Shown one piece after another: positions 1-14,402 of a stretch of 64,000 nt of DNA (position 1 is its first letter; each line of letters begins with the position of its first letter). Under the pieces are notes generated by a model that saw only the letters and a list, made by a program, of their open reading frames with translations, made no database searches and was not told the DNA's origin. The DNA is from the human T2T-CHM13v2.0 reference genome, Homo sapiens. Both the position numbers and the translations under genes were made by a program. The stretch is taken from positions 39,264,001-39,328,000 of the forward strand of contig CP068257.2 of the NCBI GenBank assembly GCA_009914755.4, given 5' to 3'.

Positions 1-2093
1 AAACATTTGACAAAAGCCAATGCCCTTTTATGATAAGACTACTCAGCAAGTGAGGAATAGAAAGGAACTTTCTCAATCTGATAAAGGAAATCTACAAAAC
101 CCCACAGCTAACATAATATTTAATAGTGAAAGACTGAATATTTTCCCCTCAAGATCAAGAACACAGTAAGGATGTCTGCTCTTACCACTTCTAGTCAAAA
201 TTGTAAAAAAGAAAAAAAATTATCCAGGTAATTGGGCAAGAAAAGAAATAAAAGACATTCAGATTGAAAAGGAAGAAGTAAAACTATTTATTGACAAATG
301 AAATGATCTTGTATATAGAAAACACTGAGGAATCCACTAAAAACTATTAAAACTAACAATTTGAGCAAGATTGCAGGATACAAGATCAATTTACAAATTT
401 CAGCTGTATTTCTATACAGTTTCAATTAACAACCTAAAAATCAAATCTAGAAATCAATTCCATTTACAATAGCATTAAAAAAATAGAATGTTTAGAAATA
501 TGTTTAACGAAAGAAACATAAAACATGTATTCAGAAAACTATAACACATCACTGGGAAAAGTAAAAAAGACCTAAATGAAACACCTCATTAACGTAGATC
601 AGAAGACAATATTATTACAATGTCAATACTCCCCAAATTGATTTAGAAAGTCACTGCAATTCCTATTAAAATATTCGATGGCTTTTTTACACAAATTGAC
701 AAGTACATCCTAAAATTCATGTGGAAATGCAATTGACTGAAATAGTCAAAACAAACTTGAAAAGGAAAATCAAAGTTGGAGGACTCATAATTCTCAATTC
801 CAAAACTTACAACAAAGCTACAGTAGTCAAGACAGTGTAATATTGGCATCAGGACAGACACATAAATTAATGGAACAGAATAAGAATTGAGAATCCAGAA
901 ATGAACTTTTAACTTTATGGTCAGTTGATGTTCAACAAGGGTGCTGGGATAATTCAAGGGGGAAAGACTAAACTTTTTGACGTTGAGACAACTAGATATC
1001 CACATGCAAACGAATAAAACTGAACCACTTCCTCACACCATACACAAAAAGTAACTCAAAATAGACCATAGATGTAAATGTAAGAGCTGAAGCTATAAAA
1101 CTCTTAGAAGAAAACATAGAAGTGAGTCCTTGTGGCCTTGTATTATGCAAAGTCTTCTTCAGTAGCCCACCAAAAGCACAAGTGATAAAAAAAAAGTATA
1201 TATCAGACTTCAGCAAAATTATCAAAATTAAAAGCTTTTGTGCTGCAAATGATAACATCAAGAAAATGGAAACACAACCCACCAAACTGAAGAAAATATT
1301 TCCAAGTCATGAATCTGATAAGGGATTTGTATTCAAACTATAAAAAGAACTCTTACAACTCAGTGATTAAAAATAAGCTAATTAAAAATGGGCAAAGGAT
1401 GTGATGAGGCTTTTTCCCCCCAAGGAACATGTGCAAATGACCACAACACATGGAAAGACTCTCAATATCATTAGTTATCAAGGAAATGCAAATGAAAACC
1501 ACAATGAGGTACCACTTCACTAAGGATCAAAATGAGAGATGATAACAAATCTTTGCAAGGTTGTGAAGAAATGGAAACCCTCACTCATTGCTGCTGGAAA
1601 TGAGATAAGACACAGCCACTTTGGAAACCAACTGGGCAGTTCCTTAAAAAGTTAAACATAGAGATACCACGTGACCCAGCAATTCAACTCCCAGGTATCA
1701 ACCCAAGGGAAATGAGAACATATATCCACAAAATACTTGTACATGAATATTTTAGCAGCATTATTAATAATAGCTAAGAATGGAAACAACTCAAATGTCC
1801 ATTAACTGATGAATAGTTAAATAAAATGTGATATATCCATATAATGAAATATTATTGAGCAATAGAAAAGAATGAAGTAATTACAACAGTGTGGATGAAC
1901 TTAAAAGCACTAAGCTAAGTGAAAGAAGCCAGTCACAAAGGATCCCATGTGGCATAATTCCATTTATATGAAATGTCCAGACTAGGCAAATTTGTAGAAA
2001 TAGAAAATAGATTACTGGTTGCCTAGGGCTAGGGCAGGTGGAGTAGAAAGAGAACAGAGAATGGGAAAAGGAGAATTGGAGTAGGTAAAGAGC
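1..2093 (+). mobile_element. LINE-1 fragment (older L1M/L1P-type), ORF2 C-terminal half through start of 3'UTR, degenerate (many stops)
   Basis: Colinear with L1 ORF2/3'UTR consensus motifs (ccctcaagatcaagaaca...ggatgtc..., gaaatgcaaat.aaaaccacaatgag.taccac, tggaaaccctc..cattgctggtgggaat, ...aaagcactaagctaagtgaaagaagccagtcacaaa...ggttgcctagggctagggcagg). Frame disrupted repeatedly. Confidence 0.8.
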
Positions 2094-2103
2094 TCTGTGT
2101 TAG

Positions 2104-2437
2104 GCCATACTTCTGTTACTCTAAATACCTGAGACTGGGCAATTTATAGAGAAAAGAAGTTTAATTGGCTCATGGTTCTGCAGGCTATACAAACAGGGTA
2201 CCCACATCTGCTCAGCTTCTGCCAAGAATCTCAGGAAGCTGACAACCATGGTGGAAGGTGAAGAGGGAGCTGGCACGTCACATGGCTAGAGCAGGAACAA
2301 GAGACAGAGCAAGAGAATGAGTGGGGAGGGCCACACACTTTCAGACAATCAGATCTCCCCCTTCAGGCCCCACTTCCAACACTGGGGATTACATTTCAGT
2401 ATGAGATTTGGATGGGACAAATAACCAAACTCTATCA
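2104..2437 (-). mobile_element. THE1-type (ERVL-MaLR) solo LTR inserted into the 3'UTR of the preceding L1
   Basis: Reverse complement matches the THE1 LTR consensus as I recall it (TGATATGGTTTGGCTGTGTCCCCACCCAAATCTCATCTTGAATTGTAGCTCCCATAATTCC...). The + strand reads ...ctgagactgggcaatttatagagaaaagaagtttaattggctcatggttctgcagg...ggggattacatttcagtatgagatttgg..ccaaactctatca. Confidence 0.75.
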
Positions 2438-2439
2438 GG

Positions 2440-2600
2440 TTCCATTTTGTGATGACAATAAGGTTCTACAGTCAGATTTGATGATGGTTGTATAACTCTG
2501 TAAATATACTGAAAACCATTGAATTGTACTCGTTAAATGGGTAAATTATATGGTATATGAATTACATCTCCATATAGCTGTTTTAGAAACGCATGCACAA
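2440..2600 (+). mobile_element. Continuation of the same L1 3'UTR after the THE1 insertion
   Basis: tgatgatggttgtataactctgtaaatatactgaaaaccattgaattgtactcgttaaatgggtaaattatatggtatatgaatt resembles the older-L1 3' end (…ggtgatggttgcacaac…tgaactgtacacttaaaaatggttaaaatggtaaattttatg…). Confidence 0.55.
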
Positions 2601-2998
2601 GAGACAGAAAGTTACAGACTATATTTACCAAAGTTTCTGAGTGATCATGGAGACTGTTTATTAAATAACATGTCTTTGCCACCTTGAAGCCATGCCATTC
2701 TTCATGTGAGATCCTGTTTCACAGCAATAGCTCATGAACTTGTTATAGGTATAGAAATATAATAAAAATGCAGATTCAACTCATTTTTATTTATAACATT
2801 AACACTATAATAAGGATGTCGTTTCGACTACTGTATCCCAGATATTATGAGTACTGGCTGGTCTCTATAGCCCTCCACCCTTCCCTGCCGTCTCTGTGCC
2901 CTAAGCAGCTAACTTCTATGGACTGCATCACCTTGACTCCCTCATCGCAAGCGTTTAAATGTTTGTGTCCTCTCGTTAGGCTGTATTCCTAATGACCG

Positions 2999-3624
2999 CA
3001 AGCCCTGTCTGCAACCTCCTCCTACAATTCTTCTGACCATAATGAGGGTCCTATAATATCCTTCGCTCCCCTTGCCCTTTCACTCTTAGGAGTGGAGAAG
3101 CTTTGTGCTGGCTCCTGATGTGATGCTATTAGGAGGTCTTTGGAAGATAATTAGGTCATGAGGGTGGAACCCTCATGAACGGTATTACTGTCCTTGTCCA
3201 AGAGACTCCAAGGAATTATTTCACCCTCTTTCCACCTTGTGAAGATGCAATGAGAAGTCAGCAGTCTGCAATCGGCCCTCACCAGATTGCCCTGAAAGAG
3301 GGCCCTCACCAGAACCGAACATGCTGGCACCCTGATCTTGAACTCCAGCCTCCAGAACTATGAGAAATACATTTCTGTTACGTATAAGCCACGAATCTAT
3401 GGTACTTTTATTATCACAGATTAAATGAACTAAGACACTGATTTCATTGGGTTTGGCCAACAGAGACCTGGACAGGAACCCAGAGAGCAGAAAGAGAGAG
3501 GCTTGCCCCACAAGCCCTGTCTGTGACCTGCTTCTTACAGTTCTTCTGACCATGATGAGGGTCCTATAACACCCTTTGCTCCCATTGCCCTTTCACTCTT
3601 AGGAGTGGAGAAGCTTTGTGCTGG
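2999..3624. repeat. Pair of ~113-bp direct repeats (2999-3111 and 3511-3624, ~90% identical) bracketing a MaLR-like LTR fragment
   Basis: Both copies read caagccctgtctg..acct.cttc.tacagttcttctgaccat.atgagggtcctataa...cccttgccctttcactcttaggagtggagaagctttgtgctgg. I counted about 10 mismatches over 113 bp. The flanks outside each copy differ. Confidence 0.7.
3128..3438 (+). mobile_element. MaLR-family LTR fragment (MST/MLT-like; 5'-truncated), ending ...gaactaagaca
   Basis: ttaggaggtctttggaagataattaggtcatgagggtggaaccctcatgaa...ccaccttgtgaagatgcaatgagaag...gccctcaccagaaccgaacatgctggcaccctgatcttgaactccagcctccagaactatgagaaatacatttctgtt..taagccac.aatctatggtac...gaactaagaca follows the canonical MaLR LTR body and terminus. 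Confidence 0.5.
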
Positions 3625-4426
3625 GGCCATTCCTGAGTCATGTCATCCTCTCGTACTCGGTGCCCACACCTCAGTTCACAGTTGCTCACTGCTCCTGCCA
3701 TCCGTTTCCAGCTGGGAACTTGGTAGAGACAGGGCAAGCACACCAGTTCCTTACCTAACAGGAACCCTCTATGGTCAAAGGGAAGAATTTATTCCACTGT
3801 TCAGACTGATCACGTCATGTTCTGCCTACCTTGGCCTTGCAGACCCACGTCTGCACCAAACGACATGTTATAACGATGCTCTGTTGGGTGGCCTTTTGCT
3901 TCTAGTTTTCTATGACACTAGAGATACTCTTGCAAGCAACAGAGTTTAACTTTAGAAGCTGAATTTTTATCCTACAAAAATGAGCTTACCATAAATACGG
4001 TCAGTGTGCCTATTTTATAATGTCTCAAATAGAATAGTAAGAATCAAAACAATCTTAAAAGTAAATTGTGTTACACAAATTTGATATCCAAACAACATTT
4101 AAAGCTTACTGGATATGCATTTTGAAGTGGAAACCTGAATTCCTGGCTTCCAGGCCCGGTTAGTGCCTCCACCTGTGTCTCATCTGCCTTTGTCTGGGAA
4201 GCAGTTTTCAGACCCAGCTGAGCCTGACCCAGTGGAATCTCCGGTGCTTAGCACAGCCAGACTGATAGAGTTCGCCTTTCCTCAGAATGCAAAACAATTC
4301 ATCCAGAACTAGCAAGTCCACAGATAAGGGATATTTATGCTTATTGTGCCAGATCTCTGAATGGCTGATTTAAAAAATTATATAAAATAAAATAAAATCT
4401 TGTGTGTCTCTTGTGGGTTAAGAAAT

Positions 4427-4686
4427 GGAGGCCGAGGCAGGCGGATCACGAGGTCAGGATATCAGGACCAACCTGGCTAACACGGTGAAACCCCGTCTCT
4501 ACTAAAAAAATACAAAAAATTAGCCAGGCATGCTGGCGGGCGCCTGTAGTCCCAACTATGTGGGAGGCTGAGGCAGGAGAATGGCGTGAACCCGGGAGGC
4601 GGAACTTGCAGTGAGCGGCAATGCGCCACTGCACTCCTGCCTGGGTGACAGAGCGAGACTCCGTCTCAAAAAAAAAAAAAAAAAAT
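4427..4686 (+). mobile_element. Alu SINE (5'-truncated by ~35 bp) with poly(A) tail
   Basis: ggaggccgaggcaggcggatcacgaggtcagga...gcctgtagtcccaactatgtgggaggctgaggcaggagaatggcgtgaacccgggaggcgga..ttgcagtgagc...gagactccgtctcaaaaaaaaaaaaaaa. Confidence 0.9.
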
Positions 4687-5352
4687 GAAAAGAAAAGAAA
4701 TGCATTGCACCATTTTTTCATGGCTACTTTAACCAGAGGTGGCCTACATTTATTTCCTTCCTTCAGGTCATATAACATCAGATCTTTTCATTAGCATGAT
4801 AGCTGGAGATGTATTTAGAAGCTTTTTCTTTATAGCAACTAAAATACCCAACATACAAAACATTTACAGTATTTCATTTATCAAGAACCTATCTCTTTGT
4901 GGCAGACACAAAACCTGACTTGAAGTCAGTTAAGGGGTGATGTGACTTGGGGGATCTTCAGAAAAAGCCTTTGACTGAGAATATCACCCCTGCTGTCAGT
5001 CACTTTACTGCGATAATATTTTCCCTTTAAGCCAGGATTTCCCAAAGTGCGTGGAGAAAGACACAACCAACGCATTACCTTTGGTTACTTCAGGGGATGG
5101 GACTGGAAAGCACTTGGGGAGGAGAGAGACTGTTAACATTTTATACATTTTATCATTTAGCTCATCGCAACAATTGTATATTACTAAGGCAGTTTGTTTT
5201 CAGAAATCTGATACCGAGCCTTTTAAAGGTAAAATGTAATAGAATTAGGGGAATGGGAATACATTTTGGGAACTCTGCGTTAAACCAGGTTCTCATTGAT
5301 AAACATCAACCTCTATCCCATGCCACAGAGGGCACTTCAAAGCCACATCCCA

Positions 5353-5715
<363 letters not shown>

Positions 5716-7849
5716 CTAAGTCCCAGAACAACCAGATATCCACAGCTCCAAAACACACCAGAAATTCCCTCCTTTCCCTCTGCCAGGGAAGAGCCCACCC
5801 TTCATCCATCTGGATCCAGTTTAAATATCACCTCCTCTAACCCAGGCTATGGTCTAGCACCCTCTCTCTGGTTTCCCGCAATATTCTCCGCAGGCTGTTT
5901 ACCCACCTCACATTCCGGGAGGGCTACTGAGGGCTCATACGCTTGGATGGAACTCAATATCAGGTCTTTACTGAGAACCACGTGCTCCTCCCATGTGGAG
6001 CTCTTTATAATCATTCCCTCATTCAACACCCTATGAGCCAGAGAGGATTACTTTCTCTGTTTTACTAACAAGGAACCTAAAATTTGGAAAAGATGCAAAA
6101 CTAGCCCAAAGTTGCGTGTTTAGTGACTGATGTAGCCATAATGCTGCTGCCAGGCCAGCTCCGGCTGCCCACCCTCTCCCTGGGGGCCTTGACGATAAGT
6201 TATTAGCTCCTCGTGAGGCTGGCAGTGTGAGTCCACCTTCATACCCTACAGGAGCTGGCAGGATGACCACTTGTTAGATGTTTAATAAATGATTGTTGAG
6301 CAAATAAAGAAATGCTTGGGTGAATCAGAAAGATGTGATTACTATTAACTTCTCACTATTAAAACATAACAACTTCTGGGCAGGGTTCCCTCTTAATCCC
6401 TTATCAGACTACCTGATGTAGCCTCTGTAATCAACACCTTAGCAGAATTACCACATATAATCCTTCCTGATAGAGTGCCTGAAACTCAATCGACTCAGCA
6501 AATGCTTGGCTCCTTGCCTTCTTTCCTCCAAGAGCTAGAAGGAGGAAGGTTGGATGTGTGAGGTTTGGGAAAGTCACCGCATGCTGAGAGGACATTGATT
6601 CAGGGATTGAGAGGACATCAAAGACAAACTTCTCACACTTGTCCACAAAAGAATCCCAAGGTCCATACACTTGGAGAAGAGAGCTTAATTTCTTATAAAG
6701 GGTTGCAGCCTCTGGCCACCCTGAAAGACTAGGAAGCATAGCCTTCAGCAGAGACTGAAAGCAGCTACTTCGAAGGAGGATGGGTGAGACAGGAATTTAT
6801 GCTGAATGGGTTGGCTAAGTATATATATTTAACAAGCTATAGGAGGGGCTGTGAATATTTATGAGGGGTGTATGTGCATGCATGGTAAACCTGTGTGTAA
6901 TATGCATCCCATGTTCACTTTGGGGTGGAGACGTAACATTTAAATGCATTAAAGTTAATCTCTATATATAAAAAGATGAAGCAGAGGACAGGAAGGTCCT
7001 CAGTGTGCAGCCTCTGTGGACCTGCCCGACCACCAGTCTGTGGCTGAGGGTCTCTTATCAGGAGAAAGTTACTAAAATTAGTCTCTTTTCGAATCAAAGC
7101 TGTAGTATGGTTTGTGGGATTGGGTGAGGTGAGGAGGTCAGTTAGTCAGTGTCTGTCCATCAGTGAGCTGCAATTGTTTCACTATTGCTCATCGCCAGGC
7201 CAGTGTGGAGAAAAAGAAAATCTTTGTGGCAGAACATAGCTGACTCTTTAAGTGCACAGGTGTATAACCTAACTCCTCCGCGCATGGCCTTTAGTCTTGT
7301 TTATAATTTGGTGTCTTATTGCCACTCTGTTCTGTCAGTCTTACGGTCCCTGTTTGAGCACACTTCATCATCTTGATTAGCACCAGGCTGGTGCACTTTA
7401 TTAAAAAATCAAGGAAACTACCCAGTCTGACTCAATTCACTTAAATGTCCTTTAGGCATGGCCATAAATACTCAACTTTAGAGGTAACAAACATCATGGA
7501 TGCTTTTCACATAATGCTGTTTCACATAAAATTCTCGGCAACCCAGTTCTTGTATTGTAGGTGAAATAATCAAAACTTCAGAGCGTTCAGTCAAGATGAC
7601 TTTGCTACGTCATAATGGAGCTAAAGGTCGAATGCAGGGCTTGTGAATAGACTCCAATCTAGCCTCCATCTCTCTGTGTGGCACCCCTCTCTGGATGTGG
7701 TTGTCATCTCCTCTCTTCTCTTCTTGTGGCCTCATCTCTAGAGTTGAATAAGTAATGGGTCGAATGGTCTGGCTTTGCTCTTTCCCTTTTCCAGCCCTCC
7801 AACCCCCTACTTAGTCAGTTAAAGCACCAGGTAAAGAAATAAAAGAGGT

Positions 7850-8680
<831 letters not shown>

Positions 8681-8959
8681 TTACGTTTCCTGTAAACTCC
8701 GTTCTGGAGGCATGACTGCATATAGAAGTTGAAAACTATAATTAGGGAAAGAATTTTAATTTTATAATAATCTCTGTATGTATATGTCTCTTATTGGGCG
8801 TGAGGGTAGGGGAAAGAAGTTACTTTTTTTGGGTTAAAATGGAGCAGTCAGTATGAGAAAGTGTCTTGAGACTTGGATTTTAGTGAATTGTATGATTAAG
8901 CGCAAGATCCTTAACCACTCTAATAATCCTTGATACTAAGTACCTATGAAATGTGAATA

Positions 8960-9283
<324 letters not shown>

Positions 9284-9895
9284 CTATTCTTCTCACACAG
9301 ACATTGCTAAAGTTAAAAAAAGAATATGTTATTAAGAATATGTAAAAGCCTATAAAGTGTCAGATTATTGTTATTAATTATCTGTTTTCATTACCATAAA
9401 ATAAGAAACTGGAAGAAGAAACTATGCTTTCTATGTATTCCTATTTAAACTCTGAGGGGGGTTAGAGTTTTTCCAGTAATGAAGCAGTTGTTCATTCCAT
9501 GTTGCTCTGGGAGCAATTATTTGTTTCCTCAGTGAAACAAGTGAAAAAAGAACTGACGTGGGTTGATCCTTGATCATCTCTATTTGCTTGTACAGATACC
9601 GATTACTGCCTAACCATCAGAAGAGAATGGTTAAAATTTTTCAAAGCTCTATTCCTACGTGTCAATAAATCCACAAAAATAATAATAGCTCTGAGCACTC
9701 AAAAGGGTAAACTCTTCCTGCTCCCTCCTTAACCACCAAACTTCTGCTTTGAGGACCAAGTATTTTCTCTCTGCCTCTAACGTATACCCAATATACCCAA
9801 GTAATTATGACCTACAAAGCTGATGTTTTAAAAAATAATAGCATTGCTGAGAGATAACTCATATCCCCACACCTGACCTATTTAAACTGTACAAG

Positions 9896-10270
<375 letters not shown>

Positions 10271-10369
10271 TCACCTGGCAAAGAAACCTTCTATCCATTA
10301 ACAGTTTGTTCCCATTACCCTATCCAACCCTGACGCCCCAGGCAAGCACCGTTCTACTCTGTCTTCATG

Positions 10370-10830
10370 GATTTGCCTATTCTGGACATTTTATATAAAT
10401 GGAATCACACAATGTGTGGTCTTTTGCGATTGGCTTCTTTGACTTAACATGGTTTCAAGGCTCGTCATGTTGTGGCATGTGTTTGTACTTCATACTTTTA
10501 TGGCTGGATAATATTCCATTGTATTGATATCCTACATTATCTTTATCCATTTATCAGTTTATGGACATTTGAATTGTTTCCACTTTTTCGCTATTGTGAA
10601 GAGTGTCACAATAAATATTCAAGTACAGGTTTTTGTGGACATTTCTTTTCATTTCTCTTGGGTATGTACCTAGGAGTGGAATTGCTGAGTCATGTGGTAA
10701 CTCTATTTTTAACTTTTTGAGAAACTGGCAAACTGTTTTCCAAGGTGGCTACACACTTTTACCTCCCCACCACCAGTGTGTGAAGTTCAGGACTTATTTT
10801 TGAAGACTGATTTCTAAGCCACCCTCTTAG
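10370..10830 (+). mobile_element. LINE-1 ORF2 C-terminal fragment (old L1M-type), no intact frame
   Basis: cttcatacttttatggctggataatattccattgtat...tatccatttatcagtttatggacatttgaattgtttccactttttcgctattgtgaa.agtg...gggtatgtacctaggagtggaattgctgagtcatgtggtaactctatttttaactttttgagaaactg.caaactgttttccaaggtggctacaca.tttacctccccaccaccagtgtgtgaag matches the conserved mammalian L1 ORF2 3' end. Confidence 0.6.
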
Positions 10831-10923
10831 ATGACCGGTGCTCAGATCCCACTGGTGGGTGACCCTGGCCGTATTACCTACAAATAAGAGCAGCTGTACC
10901 TTGGGGAGAATGGCCTCTGGCTC

Positions 10924-11333
10924 TGTATTAGTTCGTTCTTGCACTGCTATAAAGAAATACATGAAATTGGGTACTTTATAAAGAAAAGAGGTTTAATTGG
11001 CTTACAGTTCCACAGACTGTAAAGGAAGCATGGTGGCATCAGCTTCTGGGGAGGGCTCAGGAAACTTACAATCATGGCAGAAGGCAAAGGGGGAGCTGAC
11101 ACCTCACATGACCCCAAGCAGGAACAACAGAGAGTAAGAAGGGAGGTGCTAAACGCTTTTAAACAATTAGATCTCATGAGAACTCACTATTATGAGAACA
11201 GCACCCAAGGGGATGCTATTAAATTAGAAACTGCCCCCATGATCTAATCCCCTCCCACCAGGCCGGACCTCCAACATTGAGGATTATAATTGAATATGAT
11301 ATTTGCAAAGGGACACAGATCCAAACCATGTCA
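10924..11333 (-). mobile_element. THE1-type MaLR solo LTR
   Basis: tgtattagttcgttcttgcactgctataaagaaatacatgaaattgggtactttataaagaaaagaggtttaattggcttacagttccacag...cccccatgatctaatcccctcccaccaggc...gaggattataattgaatatgatatttg...ccaaaccatgtca (reverse complement of THE1 TGATATGGTTTGG...ACTAATACA). Confidence 0.75.
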
Positions 11334-11920
11334 GCCTCTTAAGGACCGTGTGTGGATGGAGCAAGTTGATATCCACAGGGTATACAGCAGGTGCTCAAGC
11401 AGTACTGGAGTCCCACTGTGGCTGATGGTCAGCAGGAAAGCAACAAGGGTGACCGAAACATACAGGTTACAAACAATTTTTGTTACCCAATTCCAAAAGT
11501 CTCAGTGAAGACAGGAACAAGTTTCCAGGTGAGGACAAACAGCTGCTTCTCTTATTTGCCCTAGGCTCACACAGGAAACAGGTTGAGTCACTCAGCAGGT
11601 TTGTACCTGCAAATTACGAGAGAGAGCATTGGGAAGACTGTCCGCATAGGTGACCAGGCCAGCCCAGCAGTGCAAATGACAGCCCAGGTTAGCCTGGCCG
11701 GTGCAAAGGGTAGTGTTCTGCCAGAACTTGAAATAACTAGTTCATTTGGATGTGTTTCCTTACATTGCCTTAAGACATAGAGGAGCTCAAGCCTATGCAC
11801 ATCCTGTGTTCCATAAAAGACTAACCTTAGGGGAAAATGATGAGAAAGAGTCCATTTTACTTTCTGTGCCTCCTGACCAGGAAAGACTCACTGCTGAAGC
11901 CAACTTCAAAAGCAAAACCA

Positions 11921-12205
11921 GGCCAGGCACGGTGGCTCACTCCTGCAATCTCAGCACTTTGGGAGACCGAGGAGGGAGGATCACTTGAGCTCAGGAGTTC
12001 AAGACCAGCCTGGGCAACATAAGAAGACCCTGTCTCTACAAAAATAAATAAATAAATAATTTATGTGGTGGCACATGACCGTAATCCCAGCTACTTGGGA
12101 GGCTGAGATGAGAGAATCTCTTGAGCCTGGAGGTAGAGGTTGCAGTGAGCTATGATTGCACCACTGCACTCCAGCCTGGACAACAGAACAAGACTCTGTC
12201 TCTAA
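11921..12205 (+). mobile_element. Alu SINE (older, diverged)
   Basis: ggccaggcacggtggctcactcctgcaatctcagcactttgggagaccgaggagggaggatcacttgagctcaggagttcaagaccagcctgggcaacat...gtaatcccagctacttgggaggctgag...ccactgcactccagcctggacaacagaacaagactctgtctc. Confidence 0.85.
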
Positions 12206-14119
12206 TAATAATTAATAACAGTAATAAATTAATAAGCAAAACCAAGCAAACAAAGCCAAAATGTAGGTTAAGGTGGCAACCGGGTAGGTGTCAACTCTGA
12301 TTTAAGACCAGTGCAGAGTGAAGACATCACCCCATAGCTCCTTACCTGACTCTACCCCAAGCTTTGCCAACTACACACATTTGAGTCTTCTGTTTAGCAC
12401 GGTCCCAGGAATCTGTCGCTCTTGAACCACCGCGAAGAGGAACCTGGTAGGTAACTGAGAGTCTTCTGAAATTTTCGGAGTACAGCGTGGACAGGTGTAA
12501 TAGAGAAATAGAGGGAGAGGACTATTGAGAATATAAAAAGGCCATTACAGAAAGTTACAGCAGGGCTGTGGCTTTGCCAGATAATTGATTTTGAAAAGTG
12601 ACATAGTTATTTGCAGTTTATCTGCTTGCAGCACAAAAATAGGGCAAATCACTGAAATCTTTCTTAGGGGATTGATGTTCATTTTATGACATCCTTCAAT
12701 GAGCAGAAACATAAAAGCCACCATCACACCACCAGCAGCAGGACCACTGCCATGCACGAAGCTCTGAAACAAACAGGGGGTACTCCTGAAAGGCTAAGGA
12801 ATGAACAGGAACAGAGTGAGCTTGCCTGTCCAGGGAGTGGGCACACTGGCCAAACCCAGGCTGACCCTGTGTGCAGGTGGGCACCCATTGCTGGCCTGTA
12901 TCGCACAGGCTTTCCTTTGGGTAGGGATGGCTTTGTGCATGTGGCTGCCTGGGATGCCCAGAAAAGTGTCAGCAATTCCTGGATTCCCCGGGTGACTAGG
13001 CACAATATGTTTGGTGGGATTGGAGCTGAGGAAAGTGAACTGGGAGAAATCTGGCAACAGGAGGACTCACCCTTTGTCTTCCCACTTTTTGAAATGGAGT
13101 CTCCTGACATTTTCCTCCTCATCTCAACTTTCTCTCCAAGTCTTTCCTGTCTCCTGGGCAGAGAATCAGAGCTGACCACCAATTACGTTATACCCGAATT
13201 TTATAGAATCACTTTTTATTGCTAGCATATCATAGGGGGATCACTGTTTTATTTTATTTTAAACTATTCATAGTACCTGTATTACTTCTAAAAATAACAA
13301 AACAAGAGATGAGACTCTCATAAGCCAGGAGCAATGTCCAAATGTCTGATGAAAAGGAATTGCCAACGTAATTCAGCCTAACCAGCAATCTTGCAGGGCA
13401 AGGGTAGAAAAAGAAATAAGATCTTCAAAGGGTCACTTTCCATGAACTCTTTCTTAATTTTCTTTGCTACTTTGTAGTAGTTTTAGCTAAATTTTATGAG
13501 TTAAAAAAATGTTGGTAATATATTTCTTTAGGAGCCTAAGGTCAATTGTGTGACTTTTTTTTTGTGATCAATTCACTGCTTAAAAAATTTTTCCTTATTA
13601 AAAAAATAATAATTGTCCTTTAATGTCTTCCTGGCTTATTGTTATTACAATTTCCATTTATTCAATGAAATTCTAGAACAGGCATCATTGTCCATAAATG
13701 CTCTCCATAGCCTGAAGGACGATATTAAAGTCACTTCTTATCCTTCCCTTCTCCTCCAGTGTCTCATTCCACAAGTTCTTTCCCCTGGGATCCTCTTGGG
13801 ATTTTAGGCATTTGAGCCAGACTCCAAGGCTTTCCTTGCCCTTTTGGGCTGTGTATCCCAATGTATTCTTGGAAGGATCTGCCTACTTTGGAAAAGGATG
13901 GCTTGTCATGCCCACGCCTTGGGCTCATGGCTGCTGGGGGCCTCCCTGGACGCAGTAACCAGCACTTGTGCAGGCTCAGGTTTGCCCAATTACTGCCTGG
14001 GCCCCAGTCTGCCACTCCAGGCCTTTTCTCATGTTGCGTCTTCAACACCAGTACCATCAACTTACAAAATTAAAAATTTAACCAAACTGGGTGTATGATA
14101 ATGTTACTGAATTTAACTT

Positions 14120-14305
14120 TTTCTTTTTTTAACATTTATTTTAAGTTCAGAGGTAATGTGCAGGTTTGTTCCACAGGTAAACTTGTGTCCTGGGGGTTTG
14201 TTGTACATATTCTTTTATCACTCAGGTATTAAGCCTAATACCCACTAGTTATTTTTCCTGATCTTCTTCCTCCTCTTTCCCTCTACCCCTCTGAAATGCC
14301 CCATG
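14120..14305 (-). mobile_element. LINE-1 extreme 3' end (reverse complement), T-rich tail at left
   Basis: tttaagttcagaggtaatgtgcaggtttgttccacaggtaaacttgtgtcctgggggtttgttgtacatattcttttatcactcaggtattaagcctaatacccactagttatttttcctgat is the reverse complement of the L1 3' terminus (…cccatgacacaagtttacctgtgtaacaaacctgcac…acttaaa). Confidence 0.6.
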
Positions 14306-14337
14306 GAATTAACTTTTTATTCTTAGTTCAGTCAAAT

Positions 14338-14402
14338 TATTTTGTATGGGTGGACACAGTGACCATATAGTTTTTGTATGGGTGGACACAGTAACCGTAT
14401 AG
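14338..14402. repeat. Tandem duplication, 2 x ~32 bp
   Basis: ttttgtatgggtggacacagtgaccatatag / tttttgtatgggtggacacagtaaccgtatag. Confidence 0.75.

Noticed and set aside
2090-2440. Initial idea that the recurrent ~370-bp unit (tgggtaatttataaaggaaagaggtttaattg...ccaaaccatatca) is part of a long L1P 3'UTR
   Set aside because: The copy at 27330-27695 is inserted inside an Alu with a 5-bp TSD, TG...CA termini and no poly(A). The reverse complement matches the THE1 LTR consensus (TGATATGGTTTGG…). So these are MaLR LTRs, not L1 sequence.
12686-13225. 179-aa ORF, the longest non-repeat ORF, overlapped by antisense ORFs 12724-13182 and 12794-13057
   Set aside because: No start context, no recognisable domain, several mutually overlapping ORFs on both strands in a GC-rich patch. 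It is typical of chance ORFs in human DNA. Human exons of this length would be unusual and I cannot see flanking splice-site/polypyrimidine signals that stand out.
14338-14402. Considered CRISPR-like or minisatellite arrays at the tandem repeats (14338-14402, 34811-35024, 62331-62480)
   Set aside because: Only two units each, or simple-sequence composition. Eukaryotic repeat context. No repeat-spacer periodicity.
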